DNA of 32,000 bases from Oxalobacteraceae bacterium (GTDB lineage Bacteria; Pseudomonadota; Gammaproteobacteria; Burkholderiales; Burkholderiaceae_D): assembly GCA_947448025.1 (NCBI GenBank), contig CANFLV010000009.1, positions 110,738 through 142,737 on the forward strand, given 5' to 3'. Of the stretch, positions 8,885 through 17,639 are shown one piece after another. Under the pieces are notes generated by a model. It ran no database searches and had not been told where the DNA came from. It saw only the letters and a list, made by a program, of their open reading frames with translations. Made by a program: the position numbers and the translations under genes. Positions within the stretch are counted from its first letter, which is position 1. Each line of letters begins with the position of its first letter.

Positions 8885-9652
8885 ATGCATCCAAAAACCT
8901 TCAAACGCTTAGCCCCATGGCTGCTGTTTGCCACCATCCTGCTGATCTGGCAAGCCATCTGCAGCATCTTCGCCGTATCCGAATTCATTTTCCCCAGCCC
9001 GATCGCGATCGGCCAGTCCATGATCGAATTTTCCGGCTCGATCGCCGAACATGCCGTGCGCACCTTCTGGGTGACGATGGTCGGCTTTGCGCTGGCTGTC
9101 GTCGTCGGCGTCGTGCTGGGCATGATCATCGGCTCGTCACCGCTGCTGTACTCGGCCGCGTATCCGCTGATGACGGCGTTCAATGCCCTGCCCAAGGCAG
9201 CCTTCGTGCCTATCCTCGTAGTCTGGTTCGGCATCGGTGCTGGTCCGGCCATTTTGACAGCCTTCCTGATCTCGTTTTTCCCGATCATGGTCAACATCGC
9301 CACGGGTCTGGCGACGCTGGAGCCGGAGCTGGCCGATGTGCTGCGCGTACTCGGCGCGAAACGCATGGATGTCATGTTCAAGGTCGGCTTGCCGCGCTCG
9401 ATGCCTTACTTTTTTGCTTCGCTGAAGGTCGCCATTACGCTGGCATTCGTCGGCTCAACTGTATCGGAAATGACCGCCTCAAATGAAGGCATAGGCTACC
9501 TGCTGGTGTCTGCCGGATCGTCGATGCGCATGCCACTGGCGTTCGCCGGACTGGTGACGATCGGTGCGATGGCGATGGCGATGTATGAATTGTTTGCGGT
9601 GATAGAGAAGCGCACGACCGGCTGGGCGCATCGCGGCAACGACGGGAAGTAA
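8885..9652 (+). CDS. ABC transporter permease (BPD_transp_1 type)
   Basis: 255 aa and multi-span hydrophobic. It carries an EAA-like loop (LEPELADVLRVLGAKRMDVMFKVGLPRSMPYF). Confidence 0.88.
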   Translation: MHPKTFKRLAPWLLFATILLIWQAICSIFAVSEFIFPSPIAIGQSMIEFSGSIAEHAVRTFWVTMVGFALAVVVGVVLGMIIGSSPLLYSAAYPLMTAFNALPKAAFVPILVVWFGIGAGPAILTAFLISFFPIMVNIATGLATLEPELADVLRVLGAKRMDVMFKVGLPRSMPYFFASLKVAITLAFVGSTVSEMTASNEGIGYLLVSAGSSMRMPLAFAGLVTIGAMAMAMYELFAVIEKRTTGWAHRGNDGK

Positions 9653-9760
9653 TTCGATATTGGCACTACCTGCTGCGCGGCCCGGATGCCGTCGCAGCAG
9701 CGCGTCTAACTGGGGAAGTGAGGCTGGCGCCTGTCCCTACAACAGAGGTGACTTCCGGCT

Positions 9761-10099
9761 TTAGCGAAAAAAATGCGCCAGATTCGAAATGGGTACCCCA
9801 TAGCCGCGCGCAACGCGAATCATCAACTTGAAACCCGGCTCGCCATATTGACCATTTTCGATTTTAGACAAAACCGAATTCGACACACCACTACCTTGAG
9901 CATCATCCTGACGACTGGCGATTGCCACTGCCGTCTTTGACATCCGACGCGCTTGCCTCACGGCCGCAAGATAGGCGTGGTATTCAAGGAAATCGCTAGG
10001 ATTAATCAGCTCGCTCGCTGCCTCCGCCTCGCATGGATCCGATTTAAGCCGGGATTTACGAGCTGCCTTGCTTTGCATGAAATCGCCAAGAATTTGCAT
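9761..10099 (-). CDS. Small helix-turn-helix (XRE-like) DNA-binding protein
   Basis: 112 aa. The C-terminal segment VSNSVLSKIENGQYGEPGFKLMIRVARGYGVPISNL resembles the Cro/C1-type HTH. There is no clear SD. Confidence 0.5.
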   Translation of the reverse strand: MQILGDFMQSKAARKSRLKSDPCEAEAASELINPSDFLEYHAYLAAVRQARRMSKTAVAIASRQDDAQGSGVSNSVLSKIENGQYGEPGFKLMIRVARGYGVPISNLAHFFR

Positions 10100-10325
10100 G
10101 ATCTTGTCCAGTTATAGGCGCACAGGGAAATACCTACGTTTCACCCGACCTGACTATAGTGTTATTTCCATACGGAAACAATTAGACTTGCGACTAATAA
10201 GTCGCAGCTTTTCAATAAATAAATGGCCGATTTGCCAGAATTGCCTGCCGCGCGATCAGATGCCTCGCGCATGCACATCGCTGAGCAGCAATTACACGGA
10301 TCAAAAAATCCTTCATGCCATCCTG

Positions 10326-10358
10326 AAAAGCAAAAAGCCCAACCTGAACAGATTGGGC
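10326..10358 (-). terminator. Rho-independent terminator of tRNA-Arg
   Basis: On the minus strand, GCCCAA-loop-TTGGGC is followed by TTTTTGCTTTT, immediately 3' of the tRNA. Confidence 0.7.
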
Positions 10359-10394
10359 CAAACGCTGGAAACCCGCATGCATGCTGGGTTTGAA

Positions 10395-10470
10395 TGGTGC
10401 GGCTGGCTGGAATCGAACCAGCGACCCTTGGCTTCGGAGGCCAATACTCTATCCACTGAGCTACAGCCGC
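10395..10470 (-). tRNA. tRNA-Arg (anticodon CCG), CCA encoded
   Basis: The reverse complement reads GCGGCTGTAGCTCAGTGGATAGAGTATTGGCCTCCGAAGCCAAGGGTCGCTGGTTCGATTCCAGCCAGCCGCACCA. It folds by hand into a cloverleaf with a 7-bp acceptor stem, anticodon loop CTCCGAA, and a T-arm with TTCGATT. Confidence 0.92.
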
Positions 10471-10701
10471 ATTAAAGATGCCCGAACAGGCTTACCGACT
10501 GTCACGAGAGGCAAGCAGGATACCGTTTTTCTGCGGTGCCGTCCATGGAAAGCACCGATATTACGTTCCAAATTGCACGCGTTTCGTCTACAATCGAGGG
10601 TTTTGGCGGGGTCATGCGTTACGCAAGCGCAGATCGAACCGGCGTTACTGCATTTGCAGAGCGATTTCAAAACGAATTCAATTATTAGTGACGAGGGAAT
10701 A

Positions 10702-11256
10702 ATGAGCGACGCACATAACGAACACGAATCCGCCATCCGGACACCGAACCAGCTGATCGCGGCAATTGCTGCAGGATTTCTGATTCCGATTATTATCATC
10801 GTCTTGCTGGTGAAGTTTGTTTCCAGCGCAAACCAGGTTGGCGCCGGCTCCGAAGGCTTGACGCCTGCTGCGATCGCCACGCGCATCCAGCCTGTTGCTG
10901 ACAAGGGTTTTACCCTGAAAGATGTGAACGGTCCGAAAGTCTTGCAAGGCGGCGCTGAAGTCTACAAAGCCGTTTGCGCAGCTTGCCATACAGCGGGTGC
11001 AATTGGCGCGCCGAAATTCGGCGACGCAGCCGGCTGGGCGGCACGCATCGCCCAGGGTTACGACACACTGGTGTCACATGCCGTAATGGGCATTCGCGGC
11101 ATGCCAGCCAAGGGCGGCAATGCCGACCTCGACGATATCGAAGTCGCGCGCGCCGTAGTCTACATGGCCAACGAAGCGGGCGGCAAATTCAAGGAACCGG
11201 CTGCACCAGCTGCGGCGGCTCCTGCAGCGTCAGCAGAAGCACCAGCTGCAAAATAA
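10702..11256 (+). CDS. Membrane-anchored c-type cytochrome (cytochrome c5 family)
   Basis: ATG at 10702 is preceded by a GAGGGA SD. It has an N-terminal TM helix (LIAAIAAGFLIPIIIIVLLV), heme motif CAACH, distal Met in GMPAKGG, and an Ala/Pro-rich tail. The longer ORF from 10381 overlaps the tRNA and was rejected. Confidence 0.85.
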   Translation: MSDAHNEHESAIRTPNQLIAAIAAGFLIPIIIIVLLVKFVSSANQVGAGSEGLTPAAIATRIQPVADKGFTLKDVNGPKVLQGGAEVYKAVCAACHTAGAIGAPKFGDAAGWAARIAQGYDTLVSHAVMGIRGMPAKGGNADLDDIEVARAVVYMANEAGGKFKEPAAPAAAAPAASAEAPAAK

Positions 11257-11287
11257 TTCGCTCTGCTATCTGGCGAAATCTACAAGA

Positions 11288-11319
11288 ACGGGTGCACAGC
11301 AATGTGTGCCCGTTTTTTT
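11288..11319. terminator. Rho-independent terminator between the convergent cytochrome c and Lrp genes
   Basis: acgggtgcaca / tgtgtgcccgt stem (two G.U pairs) with loop gcaa, followed by TTTTTTT. Confidence 0.7.
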
Positions 11320-11339
11320 ATGGCCGTCTCCAATGATCG

Positions 11340-11834
11340 TTAAACAGCGATGCGCGTCTCGAATTTGCTGCGATGAATGGAAAAAAAAGTTCGCACATTC
11401 CGCACATTGGCTTGCGTTGCGAACAGCCGATGCGCCAGCGCATGATAGGCCGGCATGTCCGCCACCTGCATCATCAATATAAAATCCGGACCCGGCGATA
11501 CCCGATAACACTGCAGCACCGCCGCCTCATGAGCGACCATCTGCTCGAAGGCCACCATTTTTTCGCTCGCCTGCTGGTCGAGCGTGATTTCAACGATCGC
11601 CATCAATGTCGCACCGACCATCTGCGGCGCCACGATGGCGACCTGGCGCTCGATCACGCCCGCATCCACGAGCCGCTTGACGCGCCGCAAGCAGGTCGGC
11701 GGCGACACATGCACGCGCGCCGCCAGCACGTTATTGTTCAATGAGGCATCGGCTTGCAGGGTATTGAGGATGCGACGGTCGATCTCATCGAGAACCAAGG
11801 CTGGTGAGTCGCCTAATAATTGCGTCATATTCAT
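11340..11834 (-). CDS. Lrp/AsnC-family transcriptional regulator
   Basis: 164 aa. It has an N-terminal HTH (LDEIDRRILNTLQADASLNNNVLAARVHVSPPTCLRRVKRLVDAGVI) followed by a RAM/AsnC_trans_reg-type C-terminal domain. It is divergent from glmS. Confidence 0.85.
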   Translation of the reverse strand: MNMTQLLGDSPALVLDEIDRRILNTLQADASLNNNVLAARVHVSPPTCLRRVKRLVDAGVIERQVAIVAPQMVGATLMAIVEITLDQQASEKMVAFEQMVAHEAAVLQCYRVSPGPDFILMMQVADMPAYHALAHRLFATQANVRNVRTFFSIHRSKFETRIAV

Positions 11835-11970
11835 ATCTCATTTGAATTAATATTTCATACCGATCATACAACGGAATAATAATTCATGAAATAGCTTATT
11901 AAGACTACTTATTTCAACCAACAGCCTCTAGCATGGAGGAATCCATTTTAGATTCCCAGTAGAGGTCATC

Positions 11971-13788
11971 ATGTGCGGCATCGTCGGCGCAGTAGCGCAA
12001 CGCAATATCACCCCAATCTTGCTCGAAGGCCTGAAACGGCTCGAATACCGCGGCTATGACTCCTGCGGCGTGGCACTGCATGTCGATGGCCAGCTGCAGC
12101 GTTCGCGCAGCACCTCGCGCGTGGCAGATCTCGAGCAACAGATTGCGCAATCGGGACTGGCCGGCTTCACCGGTATCGCCCATACGCGCTGGGCCACGCA
12201 CGGCGCACCAGCGTCGCACAATGCGCATCCGCATTTTTCGCGCGAGCGCATCGCCCTGGTTCATAACGGCATCATCGAGAACCATGAAGAATTACGCGCC
12301 GAACTGACGGCGCTCGGCTATGTTTTTGAGAGCCAGACCGATACCGAAGTCATCGCCCATCTGGTCGACCACATGTATTCAGGCGACCTGTTCGAGACCG
12401 TGCAGCAGGCCGTCAAACGACTGACCGGCGCGTATGCGATTGCGGTGTTTTCACGCGACGAGCCACACCGCGTCATCGGCGCACGGCAAGGCTCACCGCT
12501 GATCGTCGGCGTCGGTAAAGGCGAGAACTTCCTCGCCTCGGACGCGATGGCGCTGGCCGGCACGACGAACCAGATTATTTATCTCGATGAAGGCGATGTG
12601 GTTGACTTGCAGATGCAGCGCTACTGGATTGTCGACGCGAACGGCAAATCGGTCGAGCGCGAAGTGCGCACCGTACATGCGCATTCGGGTGCGGCTGAAC
12701 TCGGGCCATATAGGCACTACATGCAAAAGGAAATCTTTGAGCAACCGCGCGCCATCGGCGATACGCTTGAGGGCGTCACCGGCATCATGCCGGAGCTGTT
12801 CGGCGACAAGGCCTACGGGATTTTCAAGCAGATTGATTCGGTGCTGATCCTCGCCTGTGGCACCAGCTATTACGCCGGCCTGACGGCGAAATACTGGATT
12901 GAAGCGATCGCCAAAATTCCGGTCAATGTCGAGATCGCCAGCGAATACCGCTACCGCGACAGCGTGCCCAATCCGCAGTCGCTGGTCGTGACGATTTCGC
13001 AAAGCGGCGAGACCGCCGACACGCTCGCCGCGCTCAAGCATGCGCGCAGCCAAGGCATGCTCCACACACTCACCGTTTGTAATGTCGACACCAGCGCGAT
13101 GGTGCGAGAATGCGCGCTGGCCTACATCACGCGCGCCGGCATCGAGGTCGGCGTGGCCTCGACGAAAGCCTTCACGACCCAGCTGGCTGCGCTGTTCCTG
13201 CTGACTCTTTCGCTGGCGCAGGTCAAGGGACGCCTCAGCGACGCCGCAGAAAGCGCTTACCTGAAACAGATGCGCCATTTGCCGCTGGCGATTTCAGCCG
13301 TGCTGGCGCTTGAACCACAGATCATCGCCTGGTCCGAAGATTTCGCAAGGCGTGAAAACGCGCTTTTCCTCGGGCGAGGCCTGCATTATCCGATCGCACT
13401 GGAAGGCGCCTTGAAGCTCAAGGAAATCAGCTACATTCACGCCGAAGCGTATCCGGCAGGCGAACTGAAACACGGTCCGCTAGCACTGGTAACAGACCAA
13501 ATACCAGTGGTGACGATCGCACCGAATGACACCCTGATTGAAAAACTGAAGTCGAACATGCAAGAAGTGCGCGCACGCGGCGGACAGCTGTATGTCTTCG
13601 CCGATGCCGATTCACGCATTACGCCCAGCGAAGGCGTGCATGTGATCCGCCTGCCGGAGCATTATGGCCAGCTCTCGCCTATCCTGCATGTGGTGCCGCT
13701 GCAGCTGCTGGCGTATCACACGGCGCTGGCGCGTGGAACCGATGTTGACAAGCCGCGTAATCTGGCAAAGTCCGTCACAGTGGAGTAG
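11971..13788 (+). CDS. glmS: Glutamine--fructose-6-phosphate aminotransferase (isomerizing)
   Basis: 605 aa. The protein starts with the catalytic MCGIVGAV, has two SIS domains, and ends in the canonical KSVTVE. GAGG SD is present. Confidence 0.97.
   Translation: MCGIVGAVAQRNITPILLEGLKRLEYRGYDSCGVALHVDGQLQRSRSTSRVADLEQQIAQSGLAGFTGIAHTRWATHGAPASHNAHPHFSRERIALVHNGIIENHEELRAELTALGYVFESQTDTEVIAHLVDHMYSGDLFETVQQAVKRLTGAYAIAVFSRDEPHRVIGARQGSPLIVGVGKGENFLASDAMALAGTTNQIIYLDEGDVVDLQMQRYWIVDANGKSVEREVRTVHAHSGAAELGPYRHYMQKEIFEQPRAIGDTLEGVTGIMPELFGDKAYGIFKQIDSVLILACGTSYYAGLTAKYWIEAIAKIPVNVEIASEYRYRDSVPNPQSLVVTISQSGETADTLAALKHARSQGMLHTLTVCNVDTSAMVRECALAYITRAGIEVGVASTKAFTTQLAALFLLTLSLAQVKGRLSDAAESAYLKQMRHLPLAISAVLALEPQIIAWSEDFARRENALFLGRGLHYPIALEGALKLKEISYIHAEAYPAGELKHGPLALVTDQIPVVTIAPNDTLIEKLKSNMQEVRARGGQLYVFADADSRITPSEGVHVIRLPEHYGQLSPILHVVPLQLLAYHTALARGTDVDKPRNLAKSVTVE
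13769..13787 (+). repeat. attL core: 19-bp direct repeat within the last glmS codons
   Basis: AGTCCGTCACAGTGGAGTA here versus AGTCCGTCACGGTGGAGTG at 23839-23857 (17/19). Both encode SVTVE plus a stop. Confidence 0.8.
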
Positions 13789-13808
13789 TTCAGCTAGTGA
13801 GTAATTTT
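13788..13808. repeat. Left terminal inverted repeat of the island (P' arm)
   Basis: gttcagctagtgagtaatttt matches the reverse complement of 23817-23837 (gttcagctcgtgagtaatttt) at 20/21 positions. Confidence 0.8.
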
Positions 13809-14102
13809 GACGATATTTCAGCACTTTTGTTGGTCGTTAAACTGAAAACACAGGCTCTTTACATTGGACCCTATACAACTAGTCAGCGACGACTGTTTAA
13901 TAGGGTCTTTTTGTTGCGCGAGCGAGATAAATTAACTTTTGAGGCAATCGCTAAGCTGTTGACGAGGTCAGGTACACGGTCTGCGAAAGGCTGCTTGCTA
14001 GGCGCTGAGCATGTCTTTTCTATCTACAAGAAAGGCAGACTTAGGCAAGAACGACTCACTTTGAAGGTTAAACCAGAGTTAATGGACCTGTGGCTTGAAT
14101 GA
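13797..14102 (+). CDS. Small putative DNA-binding protein at the island's left end (possible regulator or recombination directionality factor)
   Basis: 101 aa with a GTG start. The GGAG of the glmS terminal codons sits about 11 nt upstream. It is a distant paralogue of ORF 23855-24145 (shared ...L.LR....IA......G....G......VFSI.KK....ERL). Confidence 0.5.
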   Translation: MSNFDDISALLLVVKLKTQALYIGPYTTSQRRLFNRVFLLRERDKLTFEAIAKLLTRSGTRSAKGCLLGAEHVFSIYKKGRLRQERLTLKVKPELMDLWLE

Positions 14103-14314
14103 TGTCCTTTAACAGGACATCGTTGGATATCACCGTTTGATGTCTGTTCTATTTGGAATATCCGTGTCGTCACGGGACACTTGCGCTTTGAATACACTCA
14201 GGACCAGCTAGAACCGCCGCTGCGCAGTTTTCGCTATTAAATGCGCACAAAGATGCTGCGCAAAGAAAAACTACTCAAAACGCAATTAAGGTGTCGCAGA
14301 TTGGATGTGCGGTT

Positions 14315-14599
14315 TCAAGTGTCACGACGAAGCTGCTCAGCATCCAGCTTTTGAAATTCAAGATTCGCTCTCTTTTGCATCGTCTCAACACGATCCTTAG
14401 CAACGCGAATGTCATGCTTAGTGGGCTGAGTAATGTTTGATTGCCTTCCGAGCAGTGTCGTTAGCCCGTTAATCATATCGCTTTGTTTAAGCTGCACGGG
14501 TAGCGGGACTGCTGGTACGCGGTGCTTCTTGTTTTGTGGCTTCGCCAGAGTGGTTGTGATGAATTCATGAATGCGCATGAATCTATTTATCTTGCTCAA
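14315..14599 (-). CDS. Hypothetical protein (94 aa), overlapping the upstream wHTH gene by 17 nt
   Basis: ORF only. It overlaps the stop region of 14583-14960, which suggests co-translation. I recognise no motif. Confidence 0.4.
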   Translation of the reverse strand: MSKINRFMRIHEFITTTLAKPQNKKHRVPAVPLPVQLKQSDMINGLTTLLGRQSNITQPTKHDIRVAKDRVETMQKRANLEFQKLDAEQLRRDT

Positions 14600-14960
14600 T
14601 ACATTGCAGATAAGTGTTCAATACAACATTTTTGTATGACTCAAATGCATCGGTGAGTCTCTTTGTAGCCATGATATACCGACAGCGTTTGTCATCAGTG
14701 TCGCAAACAACCTCGCACCAACCGCCTACAATAAACTGCTCCAGTACATTTCTGACGCCACGCTCACTGTATTTCAATGTGCTGAACAGACGCTTAAGTG
14801 TCAAAGGCTTCAAGGTACAGCTACAGTGCGCTATGAGAATAAACAGGTCAAAAGCAACGCGACTTTGACTCAGAGGGAGGTTGCGCTCCTCCCAAAGTCG
14901 TATATCAATTACGCCTTTGGAAAACTTTGAAGTAACAGTTCTGATTTCGCTTGTACCCAT
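14583..14960 (-). CDS. MarR-like winged-helix transcriptional regulator
   Basis: 125 aa. The segment LTLKRLFSTLKYSERGVRNVLEQFIVGGWCEVVCDTDDKRCRYIMATKRL fits the MarR HTH-wing pattern (D-x-R in the wing). Confidence 0.5.
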   Translation of the reverse strand: MGTSEIRTVTSKFSKGVIDIRLWEERNLPLSQSRVAFDLFILIAHCSCTLKPLTLKRLFSTLKYSERGVRNVLEQFIVGGWCEVVCDTDDKRCRYIMATKRLTDAFESYKNVVLNTYLQCIEQDK

Positions 14961-15010
14961 CTGCTTTTAGTAAGTCAGACGAGCGTATTCCCACCCCAAT
15001 AAAATTCCTA

Positions 15011-15202
15011 CTATTTTTGCATGCAATTAATGCCTGCAAAAATTGCAGATATTTTAGCTTGCTTCCGATACCGACATAGAACACATTTAATAGCCAAAAT
15101 TAAAATAGTTACAACACCTCCTATTATTAAAATAAAAATCAACTGTGAGGCGAAAAAATAATACATTATTAGAAATAGAAAAATAAATGGATAACATGAC
15201 AT
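15011..15202 (-). CDS. Tiny two-span hydrophobic membrane protein (63 aa)
   Basis: The ORF consists almost entirely of two hydrophobic stretches. The region is AT-rich, so a chance ORF cannot be excluded. Confidence 0.3.
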   Translation of the reverse strand: MSCYPFIFLFLIMYYFFASQLIFILIIGGVVTILILAIKCVLCRYRKQAKISAIFAGINCMQK

Positions 15203-15256
15203 CGTTAAATGTGATCACCGGATGTCTGCTTTGGCTCCAATTCAAGTGGAATAAAA

Positions 15257-15517
15257 ATGAATGAAAAATCAATTAGAGAAAAGAAAATCAAAGAATGCTT
15301 GCAAGGACTTGAGAACATTCATCAAGTCATTGAATCAACCAAATTAGATAACGAAAAATGGCGTGAAGAGGCAGCGAAATCCTTTGAGCGTCAGCTTTCA
15401 GCGCTTCGTTTATGGCAGTCAGAGAGTAGATTATTAAAAAATTATCAAATTGCATTCATATCATTTGCGGGCGTCTTAGCTGGTGGAGTTTTAGGCGTAA
15501 TTATTAAATATAGTTAG
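15257..15517 (+). CDS. Small coiled-coil protein with C-terminal TM anchor (86 aa)
   Basis: A charged heptad-like N-terminal region is followed by YQIAFISFAGVLAGGVLGVII at the C terminus. Confidence 0.4.
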   Translation: MNEKSIREKKIKECLQGLENIHQVIESTKLDNEKWREEAAKSFERQLSALRLWQSESRLLKNYQIAFISFAGVLAGGVLGVIIKYS

Positions 15518-15543
15518 TAAATTTATTGATTTCAGGATTTTAA

Positions 15544-16146
15544 ATGAAATGCGTCAATTGCAATAATTGGTATATGAAAAATACCGATAAATTTTGCTCT
15601 GAATGTGGAGCCAATCAGAAAATTGAATCAAATAAATTTACAAATTTGGAAATCCAATATAATAAATCTAATTTTCAATCAACTTCAACATCGACATTAA
15701 AAATTTTAAAAATATTAATATTAATTTTGGTGACTGTATTCACATTGTTATTCGCACTTGGCACTATGGTGGATTCAAGAATAAATTCATTTGAAAAGGG
15801 ATCTAATTATAGATGGCATAAAGGTTCATGTTCTATATTCCAAGAAACTAAAGTAAAGTGCCTGAATGAGATGGACTACAAGTACCTGTGCAAACACAGT
15901 GATGGTTTTACCTACTTTGCGCTAATGGAACTAGCCGTAAGAAATCAAGTGTATTCAATAGCGAGAGAAGCATCAAATTTACATAAAGAAATTTTTTGGA
16001 CTGGATCTAACGAGTGCCGCGCTTCAATTACAGCTACTGCAATTATTCGCGGAAATTCATCAGCAGATACAACAACTGGTGTAGTAGAAGAGTTTCATAT
16101 TTCAGAAGACGGTGAAATTTTAGTCGCTAGTTGGTCGGGCATTTAA
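15544..16146 (+). CDS. Zinc-ribbon / single-TM protein with ~125-aa C-terminal domain of unknown function
   Basis: N-terminal CxxC...CxxC (MKCVNCNNWYMKNTDKFCSECGANQ), a TM helix (ILKILILILVTVFTLLFALGTMV), and a Cys-containing C-terminal domain. AGGA SD is present. Confidence 0.6.
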   Translation: MKCVNCNNWYMKNTDKFCSECGANQKIESNKFTNLEIQYNKSNFQSTSTSTLKILKILILILVTVFTLLFALGTMVDSRINSFEKGSNYRWHKGSCSIFQETKVKCLNEMDYKYLCKHSDGFTYFALMELAVRNQVYSIAREASNLHKEIFWTGSNECRASITATAIIRGNSSADTTTGVVEEFHISEDGEILVASWSGI

Positions 16147-16316
16147 TAAATCAACAACTAACCTAATAACAGATAGCTTAATGCTATTAAATTATCCCCA
16201 ATAAATAAATTATAGATGCCAATATAAATTTCTTGCAAATTAATGAAAATTAGATATAAATTTCAAAGTGAGATAATCAATTTGAATTTTCTAAATTAAA
16301 TATATCCCTTTATGCA

Positions 16317-16628
16317 ATGTTGCAATTCAATCTAACTGTCAGTCAGGCAACTAACCACTCTGAAGAAGATGCGGCTAAATACTCAGTCGTTTTAGTGTTT
16401 TTATTTGGTAGAACCGAAATGCCAGATGCTATGCATTCCTATTTTCAAGCTGCGAAACTACTAGATAAAAATGCGACTGAAATAATTGGATTAGTTTCTA
16501 AAAAATCAATAATGAATACCGAAGTCGATGTTATTTCGTTTTGCAATAAGCAAAGATCGGAATACGATTATTTGAACCACATGACAAAAGGCAAACGGAA
16601 TGTATTGAAGTACTTAGACAGTTTTTAA
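16317..16628 (+). CDS. Hypothetical protein (103 aa)
   Basis: ORF only, in an AT-rich region. Confidence 0.3.
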   Translation: MLQFNLTVSQATNHSEEDAAKYSVVLVFLFGRTEMPDAMHSYFQAAKLLDKNATEIIGLVSKKSIMNTEVDVISFCNKQRSEYDYLNHMTKGKRNVLKYLDSF

Positions 16629-16932
16629 AAATAATTAATTTGCCAATGATTAACCATTTTCACATTTCGAAAGTAATCGACCAAAAATATTTTTCGAATA
16701 TTTTTAATTTGCAAAATGACAAAATTCTTACAATTAATTTTAAAAGCATTTTTCTGACACCTCAAGTTCTTTCCTAGTCTTTAAATGATATTTTTCGATC
16801 GATCAGTGAGCGCTTTTACTTATAGTTCAGCCGCGAAAAGCGTTTTAATCTCTACTTTAGTTTTTCAGTTGTAATCCGTCTTAGCAACAACACATTCCCA
16901 ACCTTATAGAGGCGAATGAACATTAGTTTTGC

Positions 16933-17045
16933 CTGATGGATTCCGTCGTCAATGATTTATTTTCTTGCCATAGCCTTGCCATCACGCAACACGATGCGAG
17001 TGCTAGTAATATATGTATTGAATTAAGTAGTTAGCCCTGTATTTT
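16933..17045 (+). repeat. Copy 1 of a 113-nt diverged direct repeat (relic of a duplicated coding segment)
   Basis: An ungapped hand alignment with 17420-17532 gives 77/113 identical positions. One shared reading frame is conserved at the protein level (..AITQ.DA.S.NICIE..). Confidence 0.6.
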
Positions 17046-17180
17046 TTAATCTACTTTAAAAATCAGAGAGCAGAATATTGAAAAGCCATCAGATAACTCT
17101 TAAATCAGCAGTAAGGTTACTGGTAGAATATTTTGTGATTCATTACTAAATACCTCCAAATATAAAATCGAGGATTAAAT

Positions 17181-17423
17181 ATGAAATGTGTTAGTTGCAA
17201 TAATTGGTATATGAAAAATACTGATAAATTCTGTACTGAGTGTGGAGCATCTCAGAATGTATCTCAGAATGCCGCTCAAAATTTTACACAAAATGCCGAA
17301 CCGGTGAATTCAATTTTCAACAGCGAGAAGCCGAAATTTTCAATGGTTAAAATAATATTATACTTATTAACCATATATTTCGCTATTTACATATTTAGGG
17401 CAGTATTCCTCAGTATGTTCTGA
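17181..17423 (+). CDS. Zinc-ribbon / single-TM protein, short paralogue of 15544-16146 (possibly truncated by frameshift)
   Basis: The N-terminal sequence MKCVSCNNWYMKNTDKFCTECGASQ is nearly identical to the paralogue. The first ~75 nt are highly similar, and the AGGA SD is conserved. A TM helix sits at the C terminus. Confidence 0.55.
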   Translation: MKCVSCNNWYMKNTDKFCTECGASQNVSQNAAQNFTQNAEPVNSIFNSEKPKFSMVKIILYLLTIYFAIYIFRAVFLSMF

Positions 17424-17532
17424 TTGACGCCATCGGCGACGAAAGGCATTTTCGCCATTGTCGTGCTATCACGCAAGACGATGCGCACAGTGGCAATATA
17501 TGTATTGAGATTGGTGGTGAGCTCTGTGATTT
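17420..17532 (+). repeat. Copy 2 of the 113-nt diverged direct repeat
   Basis: See 16933-17045. It lies in an open frame (17399-17656) that has no start codon and is -1 relative to the 17181-17423 gene. Confidence 0.6.
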
Positions 17533-17639
17533 TCATGCATGTATTTATCTACGCATGAAGTACGGAACCAGCAATAGCTGGCAGTTGTTCTCTCACAAGA
17601 TAATTGAGCCTCCCTTTACTAGACGCTCGGCATTGTCAA

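Noticed and set aside
9653-10394. Remnant of an element integrated at the 3' end of tRNA-Arg (lower GC, lone XRE-like gene).
   Set aside because: There is no integrase and no direct repeat of the tRNA 3' end. The tRNA also has its own intact terminator at 10326-10358. A terminator-like hairpin at 10187-10214 on the plus strand has no identifiable promoter or gene.
10381-10701. N-terminal 107 codons of ORF 10381-11256 and ORF 10068-10475.
   Set aside because: Both run across the tRNA-Arg gene. The cytochrome c gene has a well-placed SD and ATG at 10702.
11835-11970. glmS ribozyme or sRNA-controlled leader upstream of glmS.
   Set aside because: The leader is too short and lacks the glmS ribozyme core. 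Only a 6-bp hairpin (11938-11956) is present.
14168-14175. The octamer CGTCACGG, identical to part of the att core, inside the island's left end; a possible accessory recombinase site.
   Set aside because: An 8-nt match is expected by chance in a region of this size, and there is no flanking similarity.
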